Source of the DNA: Malacoraja senta
Lineage: Eukaryota
Assembly (NCBI GenBank): GCA_038087875.1
Contig: CM075995.1
Span: forward strand, 7,876,001-7,940,000
Direction: 5' to 3'
DNA: 64,000 nt
The translations under genes were made by a program, and so were the position numbers. The notes beneath the pieces are model-generated. The model was not told the origin of the DNA, searched no databases, and saw only the letters and a list, made by a program, of their open reading frames with translations. Below are positions 21,087 to 32,875 of this stretch, piece by piece (the first letter of the stretch is position 1; the number at the start of each line of letters is the position of its first letter).

Positions 21087-24000
21087 ACAATGAAATTCTT
21101 ACTTGCTGCAGCACAACAGAATATGTGAATATGTAAACATTGTATATAACGGGGGAAAAAGGGAAAAGTTCAATAAATAACAAATAACAAACAATAAATA
21201 ACAAATAATAATATAGTCTTTTGCAGTTCAGAGCTCAGAGCTTATTCGTTGTGTTTTGATAGCCTGATGGCTGTGGGGAAGCAGCTGTTCCTGAACCTGG
21301 ACGTTACAGTTTTCAGGCTCCTGTACCTTCTTCCTGATGGCAATGGTGAGATAGTGTGTGGCCAGGATGGTGTGGGTCCTTTGTGATTTTGGCTGCCTTT
21401 TTGAGGCAGTGACAAACACACTGCATGGAGACAGCAAACGGTGCAAGCTTGAGCCAAGCATAAACACTCACACTCACAGGAGACCACACCTGGAGTATTG
21501 TGTGCAATTTTGGGCTCCTAATTTGAGGAAGGACATTATTGCTAATGAGGGAGTGCAACATAGGTTCACCAGGTTAATTCCCAGGATGGCAGGACTGACA
21601 TATGAAGACATAATGACTGACATAAATGGACCGACAGGGCTTGTATTCACTGGAATTTAGAAGGATAAGAGGGGATATTATAGAAACATAACAAATTCTT
21701 GAGGGATTGAACAGGATAGATGCGGGAAAAATGTTCCCGATGTTGGGGGAGCCTGGAACCAGGGGTCAGTTTAAGAATAAGGGGTAGGCCATTTAGGACT
21801 GAGATGAGGAAAAACTTTTTCACCCAGAGTTGTGAATCTGTGGAATTCTCTGCCACAGAAGGCACTGGATGCTTTCAAGAGAGAGTTACATTTAGCTCTT
21901 AGGGCTAACAGAATCAAGGGTTATGGGGAAGAGCAGAAATGGGGTACTGATTTTGTATGATCAGCCATGATCATATTGAATGGTGATGCTGGCTCGAAGG
22001 GCCGAATGGCCTACCCCTGCACCTATTTTACTATGTTTTTACCTGCAGTCTCTCTCCGGTACCTTGTGTTTTGTTCAAGATTTGCCTGCACAGATGCATA
22101 GTTCCTCCAGTAATTTGTTTTCTTTTTGATAAAGATTTTCCCTGCACAGATGCAAAGTATTGGGGGAACTGTGCGTCTATGTGGGCAAATCTTGAGCAAA
22201 GACAAAAAGTGCCGAGGGAACTGTGTATCTGTGCAGGCAAATCTTGAGATAAACTTGGAGACTTGCAGCATCTCTGGAGAGGAATAGGCGACGTTTTGGG
22301 TCGAGACCCTTCTTCAGACTGAGAGACAGGGGAAAGGGAAACAAGGACTTTGCATCTGCAGATAAATCTTGAGCAAAAAATAAAACAAAGTGCTGGAGGA
22401 ACTGTGTATTTGTGCAGTGAAATCTTGAGACTCTGAGGAAGAGTCTCATCCTTTTTCTCCAAAGATACTGCCTGACCCGCTGAGTTACTCCAGCACTTTG
22501 TGTGTGTCATCCAGTATATTCCAGCATCCGCAGTTCCTTTCTACACATTCTCTCCAAACCTGTCCACTTATGAAAATGCAGAAGACAATAAACTCAGATC
22601 AGAATCAGAATCAGAATCAGACTTTATTCGCCAAGTATGTTTTGCGACATACGAGGAATTTCATTGGCCAGGTCAGTCATACAATTAAAAGTAACAGATC
22701 ACTTCAAAAACACATTTTAACATGAACATCCACCACAGTGACTCCTACACATTCCTCACTGTGATGGAAGGCGAAATAAAGTTCAAGTCCTTCCCTTAGT
22801 TCTTCCTCGGTCGTGGGCCTCAAGCCCCCGTTGATGGGATGATCTTAACTCCCGTAGCCGGCGGCGTTCGGGCCCTCCGCGTCGAGGCGATCAGCTCCCG
22901 CGCTGGATGATCGAACCTCGTGTCAGGGCTGGTCGAACCTTCCACGACGTTGGAGCTCCCGACTCGGCCTCACCCGAGACTGCGAGCTTGATGGTAAAGT
23001 CCACGGTGGTCGTGGTGGGAGCGAGCCCAGGCAAGGGATCAGCTCCAATGTAAAGTCCGCGCCCCATGATAGGGCTTAAAGTCAGTCCGAGGAGGCTTCC
23101 AGCTCCATCGATGGAAGGCCGCAGAGCCCGGAGAATGTGATCCGAAAATTGATCACATCTCCGTGAAGGCGAGAACCTGAAAAAAAAGTTTCCCCCAATC
23201 CCCTCCCCCCTCCCCCCTCCCCCTCATAAAACAAACCGAAGAACATTAAAACAAAACTTTTAACAAACTAAAAAATAACAAAAATATTGTGAAAAGACGA
23301 ACAGACTGCCGGCAGGGCAGCCATCTCCCCAGCGCCCCTGGTGGTAAGATGCAGTGAGATTTCTATTGAGCAGATGACTAACAAAACTAGAGTGGATGCG
23401 GAGAGGATGTTTCCACTAGCGCGAGAGTCTGGGGCTGGAGGTAATAGCCTCAGAATTACAGGACGTTCCTTTAGGAAGATGGGGTGGAATTTATTTAGTC
23501 AGAGGTGAATCTGTGGAATTCATTGCCACAGAAGGCAGTGGAGGCCACATCAATGGATATTTTTAAAGCAGAAATAGATAGATTCTTGATTAGTGCGTAT
23601 GTCAGGGGTTATGGGGAGAAAGCAGGGGAATGGTGTTAGGAAGGAGAGATAGATCAGCCATGATTGAGTGGCGGAGCAGACTTGATGGGCCGAATGGTCT
23701 AATTCTGCTCCTGTCACTTATGACCTAATGACATGAACAATCCTGGGGGAGAAAACCATCTTTCCAGAAATGGTCCATGATTCACGACTAATGGTCAAAG
23801 AAACTAAAATACTTCTGGGAAACATGCAACAGTTCACCGTTACCTGTGGCTCAAATTTTCCTGGTTTGCAAAATGATGATGACTAGATGACGTATATAAA
23901 GCGATTATTTACCTGAGCACGGAGATAGGTAAATAGGAGGTATATATTTAAGATAATAGGTGGAAGGGTTACCAAGGAGATCTGTAAATCTACAACTTAA

Positions 24001-24599
24001 GTCAAGAGAATCAAGAGACAAGAGTGTTTTATTGTCTTAAAACACGGAATAAATAAATGCTTACATGCAGCAGCGCAACAGATATGTAAACATAGTACTC
24101 TGTAAATGCAGTAAACAAAAAAAAGTTCACTATGTACATATATAAAGGATATGTTTTTACTGAACACACACACACACACAGGTGTCAGGGCTAAGGGGAG
24201 AAGGCAGAAGAATGGGGTTAGGAGGGAGAGATAGATCAGCCATGATTGAATGGCGGAGTAGACTTGACGGGTCTAATGGCTTAATTCTGCTACTACAGAC
24301 AATAGGTGCAGGAGTAGGCCATTCGGCCCTTCTAGCCAGCACTTCGAGCCAGCCTCCTATCACTAATGACCTTATGAACCCACACACAAACATTAGACAC
24401 AAAAAGCTGGTGTATCTCAGCGGGACAGGCAGCATGTCTGGAGAGAAGGAATGGATGACGTTTCGGGTCGAGTCTGAAGAAGGGTCTTGACCTAAAACGT
24501 CACCCATTCCTTCTCTCCAGAGATGCTGCCTGTCCTGCTGAGTTACTCCAGCTTTTTGTGTTTATCTTTGGTATAAACCAGCATCTGCAGTTCCTTCCT

Positions 24600-24600
<1 letters not shown>

Positions 24601-24647
<47 letters not shown>
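24601..24647. repeat. (CA)n(TA)n microsatellite, target site of the Gmr1-like element
   Basis: cacacacaca...tatatatat immediately before the LTR. Confidence 0.9.
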
Positions 24648-24651
<4 letters not shown>

Positions 24652-25215
24652 AGGCGCTGCCCCCCCTGGTGAATGCTATGTACTTACCTTTCTCTGTTTC
24701 TTTCCCGAGTGCAGGCCTTGTGGCTGTGAGTCTGGAATCAAGGGGTTAAAAGGCTCCTGTACCCGATTGGCCAAGCTGCATCAGGTGACGGGTGACTCAT
24801 CTGAAGCTTAAATACCAGAGTCTTCCCAGGATTCTCTCTCTTCTTCATCGACCCTGACTTGTGAGCTGACTGCTGGAGTGAGCTGTGAAAGGCCTGGCCA
24901 CATGGCATAGAACTTTGTGTACTTTCACCAATACTTAATTACAAATATTGAATGGACGGATAAGGGCTGACCTTAGTGTTTTCGTGTATTTTGTTTCAGG
25001 GTTATATCTCTTTAGGCAGGTTTTAGAGTCTCCGGTTCGACGGTCCATCACGTGGCTGGCTGGAGCACTGTTAAATTGTTTGTCAGTCCATCCATATCCC
25101 TGACTGGGTTGTTTGAATCAGGTTTGGGTTTTGTGTTCCATTGAATAATTAAAACTATTTTTTAACTTGAACCTGGTTTTTGAATTATGTTACGCGGCTC
25201 TGAAGTACCGTAACA
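24648..25215 (+). repeat. 5' LTR
   Basis: tgttaggcgc...ccgtaaca; direct repeat of 32876-33459 with about a dozen substitutions, a few small indels and a 14-bp shorter U5 end. Confidence 0.95.
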
Positions 25216-25218
25216 AAA

Positions 25219-25231
25219 TGGGGGCTCGTCC
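25219..25231 (+). promoter_or_regulatory. Primer-binding site complementary to the tRNA-Pro 3' end
   Basis: TGGGGGCTCGTCC, 3 nt after the 5' LTR. Confidence 0.88.
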
Positions 25232-25377
25232 TAAGTTTTGAGAACCCTAGACGTTTTGTGTACTTTGATAGGCTTCTTGTGGCAGTGGTAGTCTGTTTGT
25301 GTAATCATTTTTTTCTGCTTTGTGGTTCTAGTAACCTGTTGTTTTGGCTATTTTGGTAGCATTTGTGAGCAGGAAAA

Positions 25378-28300
25378 ATGGATTTTATGGTGGAGGAGTT
25401 TGTTGAGACTCCTAGCCTAGAGATGTTTCATCAATGTACTAAGGAAAATTTAGTGTTGCTTGCAGATAAATATGGCGTTTCTATTAATAAACAGGCAAAC
25501 AAACAGTCAATTAAGACGTTGTTATGGACTGCTTTGGTTGACCAAAAGGTGTTGCCTAGTAGTCCTGACAGTCATAAATCTATACAGCCAGTTCAGAACA
25601 TGGAGGCCGTCATTAAACTGAAGGAGATGGAGCTTGAGTCACAGAGAATGGCGTTCGCCTTAAAAAAGGATGAACTCATTCATGTTCTTGAAATGAAACG
25701 GCTTGAGGAAGAAACCAAAAGGGCTGAATTTCAGCTGTGGGAGAAAGAATTAGATATTTCCCGGTTCTCTTCTAAAGAGCATGAGTTTGATGTGAGCAGA
25801 AATATTCATTTGGTGCCACCGTTCAGTGAAAAAGATGTTGATAAATATTCACTTTGTTTGAGCGTGTGGCTATATCACTGAAGTGGCCTAGGGACGTGTG
25901 GACCTTGCTATTGCAGTGTGTCCTTGTGGGTAAAGCACGGGAGGTGTACTCGTCTCTGTCTGTTGAAAGCAGTCTGGACTATGAGTGTGTGAAGTCTACA
26001 GTATTAAGGGCTTATGAATTAGTTCCAGAGGCGTACCGGCAGAAATTCCGGCGCTTTAGGAAGTTTGATAGTCAGACTTATGTGGAGTTTGCTAGGGAGA
26101 AGGAGGCACTTTTTGACAGGTGGTGCGCTTCTCAAGGAGTGAAGGATGATGGGCAACTACGGGCCTTGATGATTATGGAAGACTTTAAGAACTGTCTCCC
26201 TGAGAGGGTTACTACTTACCTTAATGAGCAGAAGGTGAATGAGGTGTCTAAGGCCGCGGTGTTGGCAGATGAGTATGTATTGACTCATAAAACTGATTTT
26301 GTTGGGCGCTCCTATAGTTTTGGTGCACGGCCGGTTGATCGTGGTGGTGTCGCCGGTGGCAGTGTCAAAGGTGTTTCTGTGCCTGCAAGTGGCAGCACGT
26401 TGACACAGGGGGAGGTCCGAGCTGATAAGGTTGACGGAAATTTGAGGACTAACGAAGGTCCTGTGTGCTGCTATTGTAGAGGGAGAGGGCACATGTTAAA
26501 GGCGTGTCCCGTTCTGAAGCAGAAAAATGCAAAGCCTGTGGCTTTGGTGGGTACACAGAAGGCACCTGTGGTACCTGAGGTGCCTGAGTCTGATGAGTGT
26601 AGGAATTATTCTGCGTTCATCATGAATGGTTTTGTTTCTCTGGAGGATGGGGGTGATAGAGTTCCAGTATCCATCTTGCGTGATACTGGTGCTACTCAGT
26701 CCTTTATATTGGATAGTGTACTGCCGTTTTCTGGGGAATCATCGTTTGGGTCAAGTGTCCCTGTGGTAGGATTCGGGATGGATGGCATGGTAGTGCCTTT
26801 GCATACCGTGAGTCTCGAGTCCGAGTTGGTTTCAGGCCGGGTAACTGTTGGGTTACGGCCGTGTTTTCCCGTTGGGGGAGTTTCAGTAATTTTGGGGAAT
26901 GACTTGGCGGGAGGTAGAGTTTTAGTTACTCCTGAGGTGACGGCTGTTCCGATGGTGCAGAGTCCTGATAGATTGGCTATGCAGCATCCGAGGGTCTTTG
27001 CAGCTTGTGCTGTCACGAGGGCTATGGCCAAGAGCCAGGCGAAGTTTGGGGATGTAGTGGACCTGAGTGAGAGCATTTTTGGGGATCAGGATGAGGGATC
27101 CTGTGTTGTGAAGGGTGTTTCTACATCTCAAGATGGGATAGTGTCTGGAAATGGGCCGGTGTCGCTGTCACGTGACCGGCTGGTTGAGGAGCAAAAGAGT
27201 GATCCAGGTTTATCTGATCTGTTCGACTGCGCGGTGCCTGAGGGGGATATGGATTCCACAGCAAAGGGGTATTTTCTAAGGGAGGGCTTACTGATGCGAA
27301 AGTGGTCTCCCTTGGATATATCTGGGCATGATGATTGGAGCGTGGTTGATCAGATTGTGATACCATGTTGGTATAGGGACGGGATACTCTGTTTGGCTCA
27401 TGATGGTCCTCTGGGTGGACATTTGGGGGTCAATAAGACGTATGACCGTATCTTACTGAATTTTTTTTAGCCACGGTTGAAAAAGGACGTGAAACAGCAG
27501 TGCAGGTGTTGTCACATTTGCCAGGTGGCAGGAAAGCCGAACCAATCGATTGTTCCTGCGCCTTTTATATCCAATCCCTGTGGTCGGTGAGCTGTTTGAG
27601 CGGATTTTAGTTGATTGTGTGGGTCCTCTACCTCGGACAAAGGTGGGCAACAAGGTTTTATTGACAATTATGTGTGCGTCTACCCGCTTTCCGGAGGTGG
27701 TCCCTTTGCGTAGAATTACTGCCCCAACCATTGTGAAGTCTCTCACTAAGTTTTTTTCGTTGTTCGGTTTGCCCAAGGTTGTGCAGAGTGACCAAGGTTC
27801 TAACTTCATGTCGAAGGTTTTTGGTCAGGTAATGAAATTGTTAGATATTAAACATTGTTACTCCAGTGTGTATCACTCTGACAGCCAGGGAGCTCTCGAG
27901 AGGTTTCACCAGACTTTGAAATCTATGTTGAGGACTTACTGCCTGGAGTTTGAAAAAGACTGGGATGAGGGGGTTCATCTAGTTATGTTTGCGGTGCGTG
28001 AGGTCGTGCAGGAGTCTTTAGGGTTCAGTCCTGCTGACCTGGTGTTCGCGCATACTGTACGTGGTCCGTTGAGGGTCCTAAAGGAGAAATGGTTGCAGGA
28101 GGATACAAAACGTAGTATTTTAGACCACGTCTGTACCTTTCGGTCTAGACTGAAGAGGGCATGCGAACTGGCAATGGGTAATCTTGCTTCTGCTCAGTCT
28201 AGGATGAAGGGGTGGTTCGACAGGAAGGCTTCTAGTAGGAATTTTTCTCCAGGTGACAAGGTCCTGGTGTTGTTGCCTATTCCTGGTTCCAGTCTGCAGG

Positions 28301-28397
28301 CTCGGTATAGCGGTCCCTATCAGGTGGTTAAGAAGGTTGGTGAAAGGGATTATGTTATAGGTACCCCTGATCGAAGGCGTAAGACTCAGCTCTGTCA
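25378..28397 (+). pseudogene. gag-protease-integrase of the Gmr1-like element (frameshift near 25850, stop at 27468, frameshift near 27560)
   Basis: ORFs 25378..25881, 25854..27470 and 27550..28407 join into one polyprotein; FF*P replaces FFWP; IN core LVDCVG..QSDQGSNF..SQGALERFH. Confidence 0.9.
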
Positions 28398-29738
28398 AGT
28401 CAAGTGAGTTTATTGTCATGTGTCCCTGATAGGACAATGAAACTCTTGCTTTGCTTCAGCACAACAGAACATAGTAGGCATTGACTACAAGGCATTCTAT
28501 AAATATATACACACATGAATCAATATACTGATAAAGTACAAATAACAGTATTGGCTAATAAAGTTCAGTGTTATGTCCAAGCCAGGATTAATAGCCTGAT
28601 GGCTGTGGGGAAGTAGCTGTTCCTGAACCTGGTCGTTGCAGTCTTCAGGCTCCTGTACCTTCTACCTGAAGGTAGTAGGGATATGAGTGTGTGGCCAGGA
28701 TGGTGTGGGTCCTTGATGATACTGCCAGCCTTTTTGAGGCAGCGACTGCGATAGATCCACTCGATGGAAGGGAGGTCAGAGCCGATGATGGACTGGGCAG
28801 TGTTTACTACATTTTGTAGTCTTTTCCTCTCCAGGGCGCTCAAGTTGCCGAACCAAGCCACGATGCAACCGGTCAGCATGCTCTCTACTGTGCACCTGTA
28901 GAAGTTAGAGAGAGTCCTCCTTGACAAACCGACTCTCCGTAATCTTCTCGGGAAGTAGAGGCGCTGATGTGCTTTCTTAATAATGGCATCAGTGTTCTCG
29001 GACCAGGAAAGATCTTCAGAGATGTGCACGCCCAGGAATTTGAAGCTCTTGACCCTTTCAACCATCGACCCGTTGATATAAACGGGACTGTGGGTCCCCA
29101 TCCTACTCCTTCCAAAGTCCACAATCAGTTCCTTGGTTTTGCTGGTGTTGAGGGCCAGGTTATTGTGCTGGCACCATATGGACAGTTGCTCGATCTCTCT
29201 TCTATACTCTGACTCATCCCCATCAGTGATACGTCCCACAACAGTGGTGTCGTCAGCGAACTTGATGATGGAGTTCGCACTATGTCCGGCTACGCAGTCA
29301 TGAGTATAGAGTGAGTACAGCAGGGGGCTGAGCCCGCAGCCTTGAGGTGCTCCCGTGCTAATTGTTATCGAGTCTGACACATTTCCACCAATACGAACAG
29401 ACTGTGGTCTGAGAGTGAGGAAGTCGAGGATCCAATTGCAGAGGGATGCGCAGAGACCCAGTTCTGCGAGTTTGGTAACCAGCTTGGAGGGGATGATTGT
29501 GTTAAATGCCGAGCTGTAATCGATGAATAACAGCCTGACATATGAGTTTTTGTTGTCCAAGTGGTCCAGAGCGGAGTGGAGGGCCAGCGAGATCGCATCC
29601 ACCGTTGATCTGTTGTGGCGGTAAGCGAACTGCAGTGGGTCCAGGTTTTTGTCGAGGTAGGAGTTGATCTGCGTCATGATCAACCTCTCAAAGCACTTCA
29701 TCACCACAGGCGTTAGTGCCACAGGTCGATAGTCATTG
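28398..29738 (-). mobile_element. 5'-truncated Rex1/Babar-type non-LTR retrotransposon nested in the Gmr1 element
   Basis: Open RT frame within ORF 28571..29845: [55 protein letters not shown]; 3' UTR ends in a (CTTGA)n-like tail. Confidence 0.9.
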
Positions 29739-31332
29739 ATGAAGCAGTACCATGAGCAGGAGCCTGTGGAGGTTGATGGGGAGGTGCTGTGTCCTTCGGT
29801 TTCGTCTAAGCCTGTTTTGGCTGCAGTGGTGCTGCCCCCTGACACGGGTGGTGATGTGGGTGAGGCACGGTTGTCGGTGGCAGTGACGCAGGGAAGGCTG
29901 TGTAACTCTGAGGCTTTGGAGTCGCTTCCCTTGCGGTTGTCGCATTTGACTGAAAGTCAGCGGGGTGATCTGCTTGCTTTGGTGGTCAAATGGGTCACTG
30001 TTCTCGGATGTGCCTTCTCAGACGTCTGTGCTGCAGCATGACATTGACGTAGCCGGTGCTGCGGCAATTAAACAGCATCCGTATCGGGTCAACCCTGACA
30101 GGCGTCATCGTCTAGGGAGTCAGGTTGAATATATGCTGCGGCATGGTATTGCTGAACCTAGTTGTAGTCCGTGGAGTTCTCCGTGTCTACTGGCTACGAA
30201 GGCTAATGGGGAGGACAGGTTTTGCACGGACTTTCGGAAAGTGAATGGGGTAACTAAGCCGGATTGCTATCCTCTCCCACGAATGGAGGATTGCGTGGAT
30301 CGTGTGGGAAGTACATCTTTTGTGTCTAAGTTGGACTTGTTAAAAGGGTATTGGCAAGTTCCTTTGACTAGGCGGGCGAGGGAGATCTCTGCGTCCGTTA
30401 CGCCTGATAACTTACTGCAGTACACAGTAATGGCATTTGGGATGCGCAATGCGCCGGCAACCTTCCAACGGTTGGTGAACATTGTATTGTCTGGTTTGTC
30501 CTTCTGTGAGGCATACCTTGATGATTTGGTTGTGTGCTCCGGGTCGTGGATCGAACACATCGGTCATCTGAAGGAGGTATTTCATCGTCTAGCGGAGGCA
30601 AAACTAACGATCAATCTGGGCAAGTGTGAGTTTGGCCAGGCCATGGTAACGTATCTGGGTAAGGTGGTGGGCCGAGGTCAGGTTCGCACTCTCAAGGAAA
30701 ACGTGGGGCATAATGTCGCATTTCCTGCTCCAACCTCGAGGACTGAACGCCGTAGGTATCTGGCTATGGTTGGGTACTGTAGAGGATCCTGTCCAAACTT
30801 CTCTGCGGTGGCTGCCCCTTTGATGGATTTGCTGAGTCCGAAGGTAGCTTTTGTGTGGTCCGCAGAGTGTCAACAAGCCTTTGAGCATACTAAAAGTCTT
30901 CTGGTGCGCGCACCTGTGCTTGCGGCACCTGATTTTGAGCGTCCATTTAAGCTGGCAGTGGATGCTAGTGATCGTGGGGTTGGTGGAGTTCTTCTACAGG
31001 ATGATTCAGATGGGGTGGAGCATCCAGTTTTGTACTTCTCTAAGAAGTTTAATCGTCATCAGAAGTGGTACTCCACCATTGAGAAAGAAGCCCTTGCTAT
31101 TTTAATGTCTCTGAATCATTTCGAGGTTTATGTAGGCTCCTCGAATGTCCCTGTCATCGTACTCACGGATCATAATCCGTTGGTATTTTTGCATAGTATG
31201 AAGAATAAGAACCGGTGGTTAATGAGCTGGAGTTTGCAGCTGCAAGACTACAACCTGGAGGTCAGGCATATCCGTGGCAAGGATAATGTCTTGGCTGACG
31301 CCTTGTCGCGCCAGTTGAGTTTTAGCTCCTGA
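29739..31332 (+). pseudogene. Linker, reverse transcriptase and RNase H of the Gmr1-like element
   Basis: ORF 29965..31332: SPWSSP, RFCTDFRKVN, LDLLKGYWQV, FGMRNAPATFQR, YLDD, AVDASD, NVLADALSR. Confidence 0.92.
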
Positions 31333-31380
31333 ATAGTTTCTGGGATTTGGTGGTGTTTTTTCTCTCTTCCGAAACTTATT

Positions 31381-32839
31381 TTTTTTTTTTTTTTTTTTTT
31401 TAATTTTTATTTATTAGAAGTACATTACATCACAGCCACATACATTAATACTCGTCATTTATATCTTCTTACAATTAATGTACTCCCTTTATTTATTTTT
31501 TTACACTAAAGAAAGAAAAGATTGAAAGAGAGAAGAAAGTGAAGGAAAAAGTGCAAGTGTAGAAAAGTGTAGAAAATGTAACAACAAAAAAAAAGGACGA
31601 AGACCCTATGAGAGCGAAATTAAAAACAAAAAGAAAAAGAGTTAAGAAATAGGCCCTAAGAAAAGAAAAGAGAGAGAGAAAAAAAGAAAAACAAATGTTT
31701 TTTTTTTGAGCATCACGTAAATAGGACATACCAACTCTTCAACTATCATCCCCCCTTACCCGACCTCAATTTTTTATTTTTTTAAAGTACTTTTGCACCC
31801 TATGTTTGTAATAATTCTATAAATGCAGACCACGTCAGGTGGAAGTGATCTGGTTTACCTGCTAGGAGGAGTCTTATCTCTTCAAGGTGTAGTGTTTCAA
31901 ACATATTTGAAATCCACATATTTATAGTTGGTATTGGAGCCTTCTTCCAAAATTTTAGAATTAGCTTTTTTCCAGTTATTAACCCATAATCCATTAATTT
32001 CTTTTGAAACACATTTAGTTCTGGATCATCTTCCGTTATTCCGAAGATAATCCATTCTGCTTTGGGTATCAGTCTTGTTTTAAATAACTTTGTAAAGATT
32101 TCAAAAATTTCATTCCAAAATTTTTGAATTTTTGTACAGAAGACAAATGAGTGCGCTATAGTTGCTTCTTGGGATTGACATTTATCACAAATAGATGATA
32201 CGTTTGGGAAAATTTTATGAATTTTAGTTTTCGAATAATATAATCTATGTAAAATTTTAAATTGTAGAAACATTGGAGCGATCCTCCTCTCTCCAATGAA
32301 ATTGAATAACATAAACTATAATAAGAACCCAATTATTCATAGTACAATCCGTATTTGGAAACAAATAAAACAAAATTTAAAATTAAGAAACTTATCACTT
32401 TTATTACCTATAGTCAATAACCCTTCGTTTAGTCCTTCTATTATAGATAAAGCTTATACACAATGGGATAGACTAGGAATTAAAACGCTTGGTGACTTGT
32501 ATGAAACTGGAAAATTACTTTCATTTCAACAATTACAAATAAAATATAAACTCGGAAATAATCAATATTTTAAATACTTTCAAATATGCGACTATTTGAA
32601 AAAATATATAAAAGATCATCATAATAACCCAGCAGATGTACTGGACGAGGCAATGCAGACAAAAGCGGAATCAGCAAACTTAATATCATATTTGTACAAT
32701 ATTATCTTAAATGTACAAATACCATCTACGGAGGGTATCAGAAGAGACTGGGAACAAGAGTTAGCTATTAAAATTTCAAAGGAAAGTTGGAATGAATACT
32801 TATTAAAAGTACATAAATGCTCGATTAATGTAAGACACA
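31381..32839 (-). mobile_element. 5'-truncated, 5'-inverted L1-clade LINE with poly(A) tail and 17-bp TSD
   Basis: TSD ctcttccgaaacttatt at 31364-31380 and 32840-32856; poly(T) 31381-31401; ORF2 C-terminal zf-RVT region (QFKILHRLYY..CDKC..H..C) on the minus strand to about 32267; the preceding ORF2 segment is on the plus strand, 32268-32839. Confidence 0.9.
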
Positions 32840-32875
32840 CTCTTCCGAAACTTATTCAGTATCTTTGGGTGGGGG

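Noticed and set aside
22030..22440. Imperfect inverted and tandem repeats suggesting a structured ncRNA
   Set aside because: They consist of scrambled Penelope pLTR tail fragments (gcaaatcttgag, ggaactgtgtatctgtgcag).
23330..23345. CTCF site (ccaccaggggcgctg on the minus strand)
   Set aside because: It is one G short of the core spacing and lies within a repeat end. A second candidate near 1744 (gcaatagatggcagta) has mismatches in the core. Neither is supportable from sequence alone.
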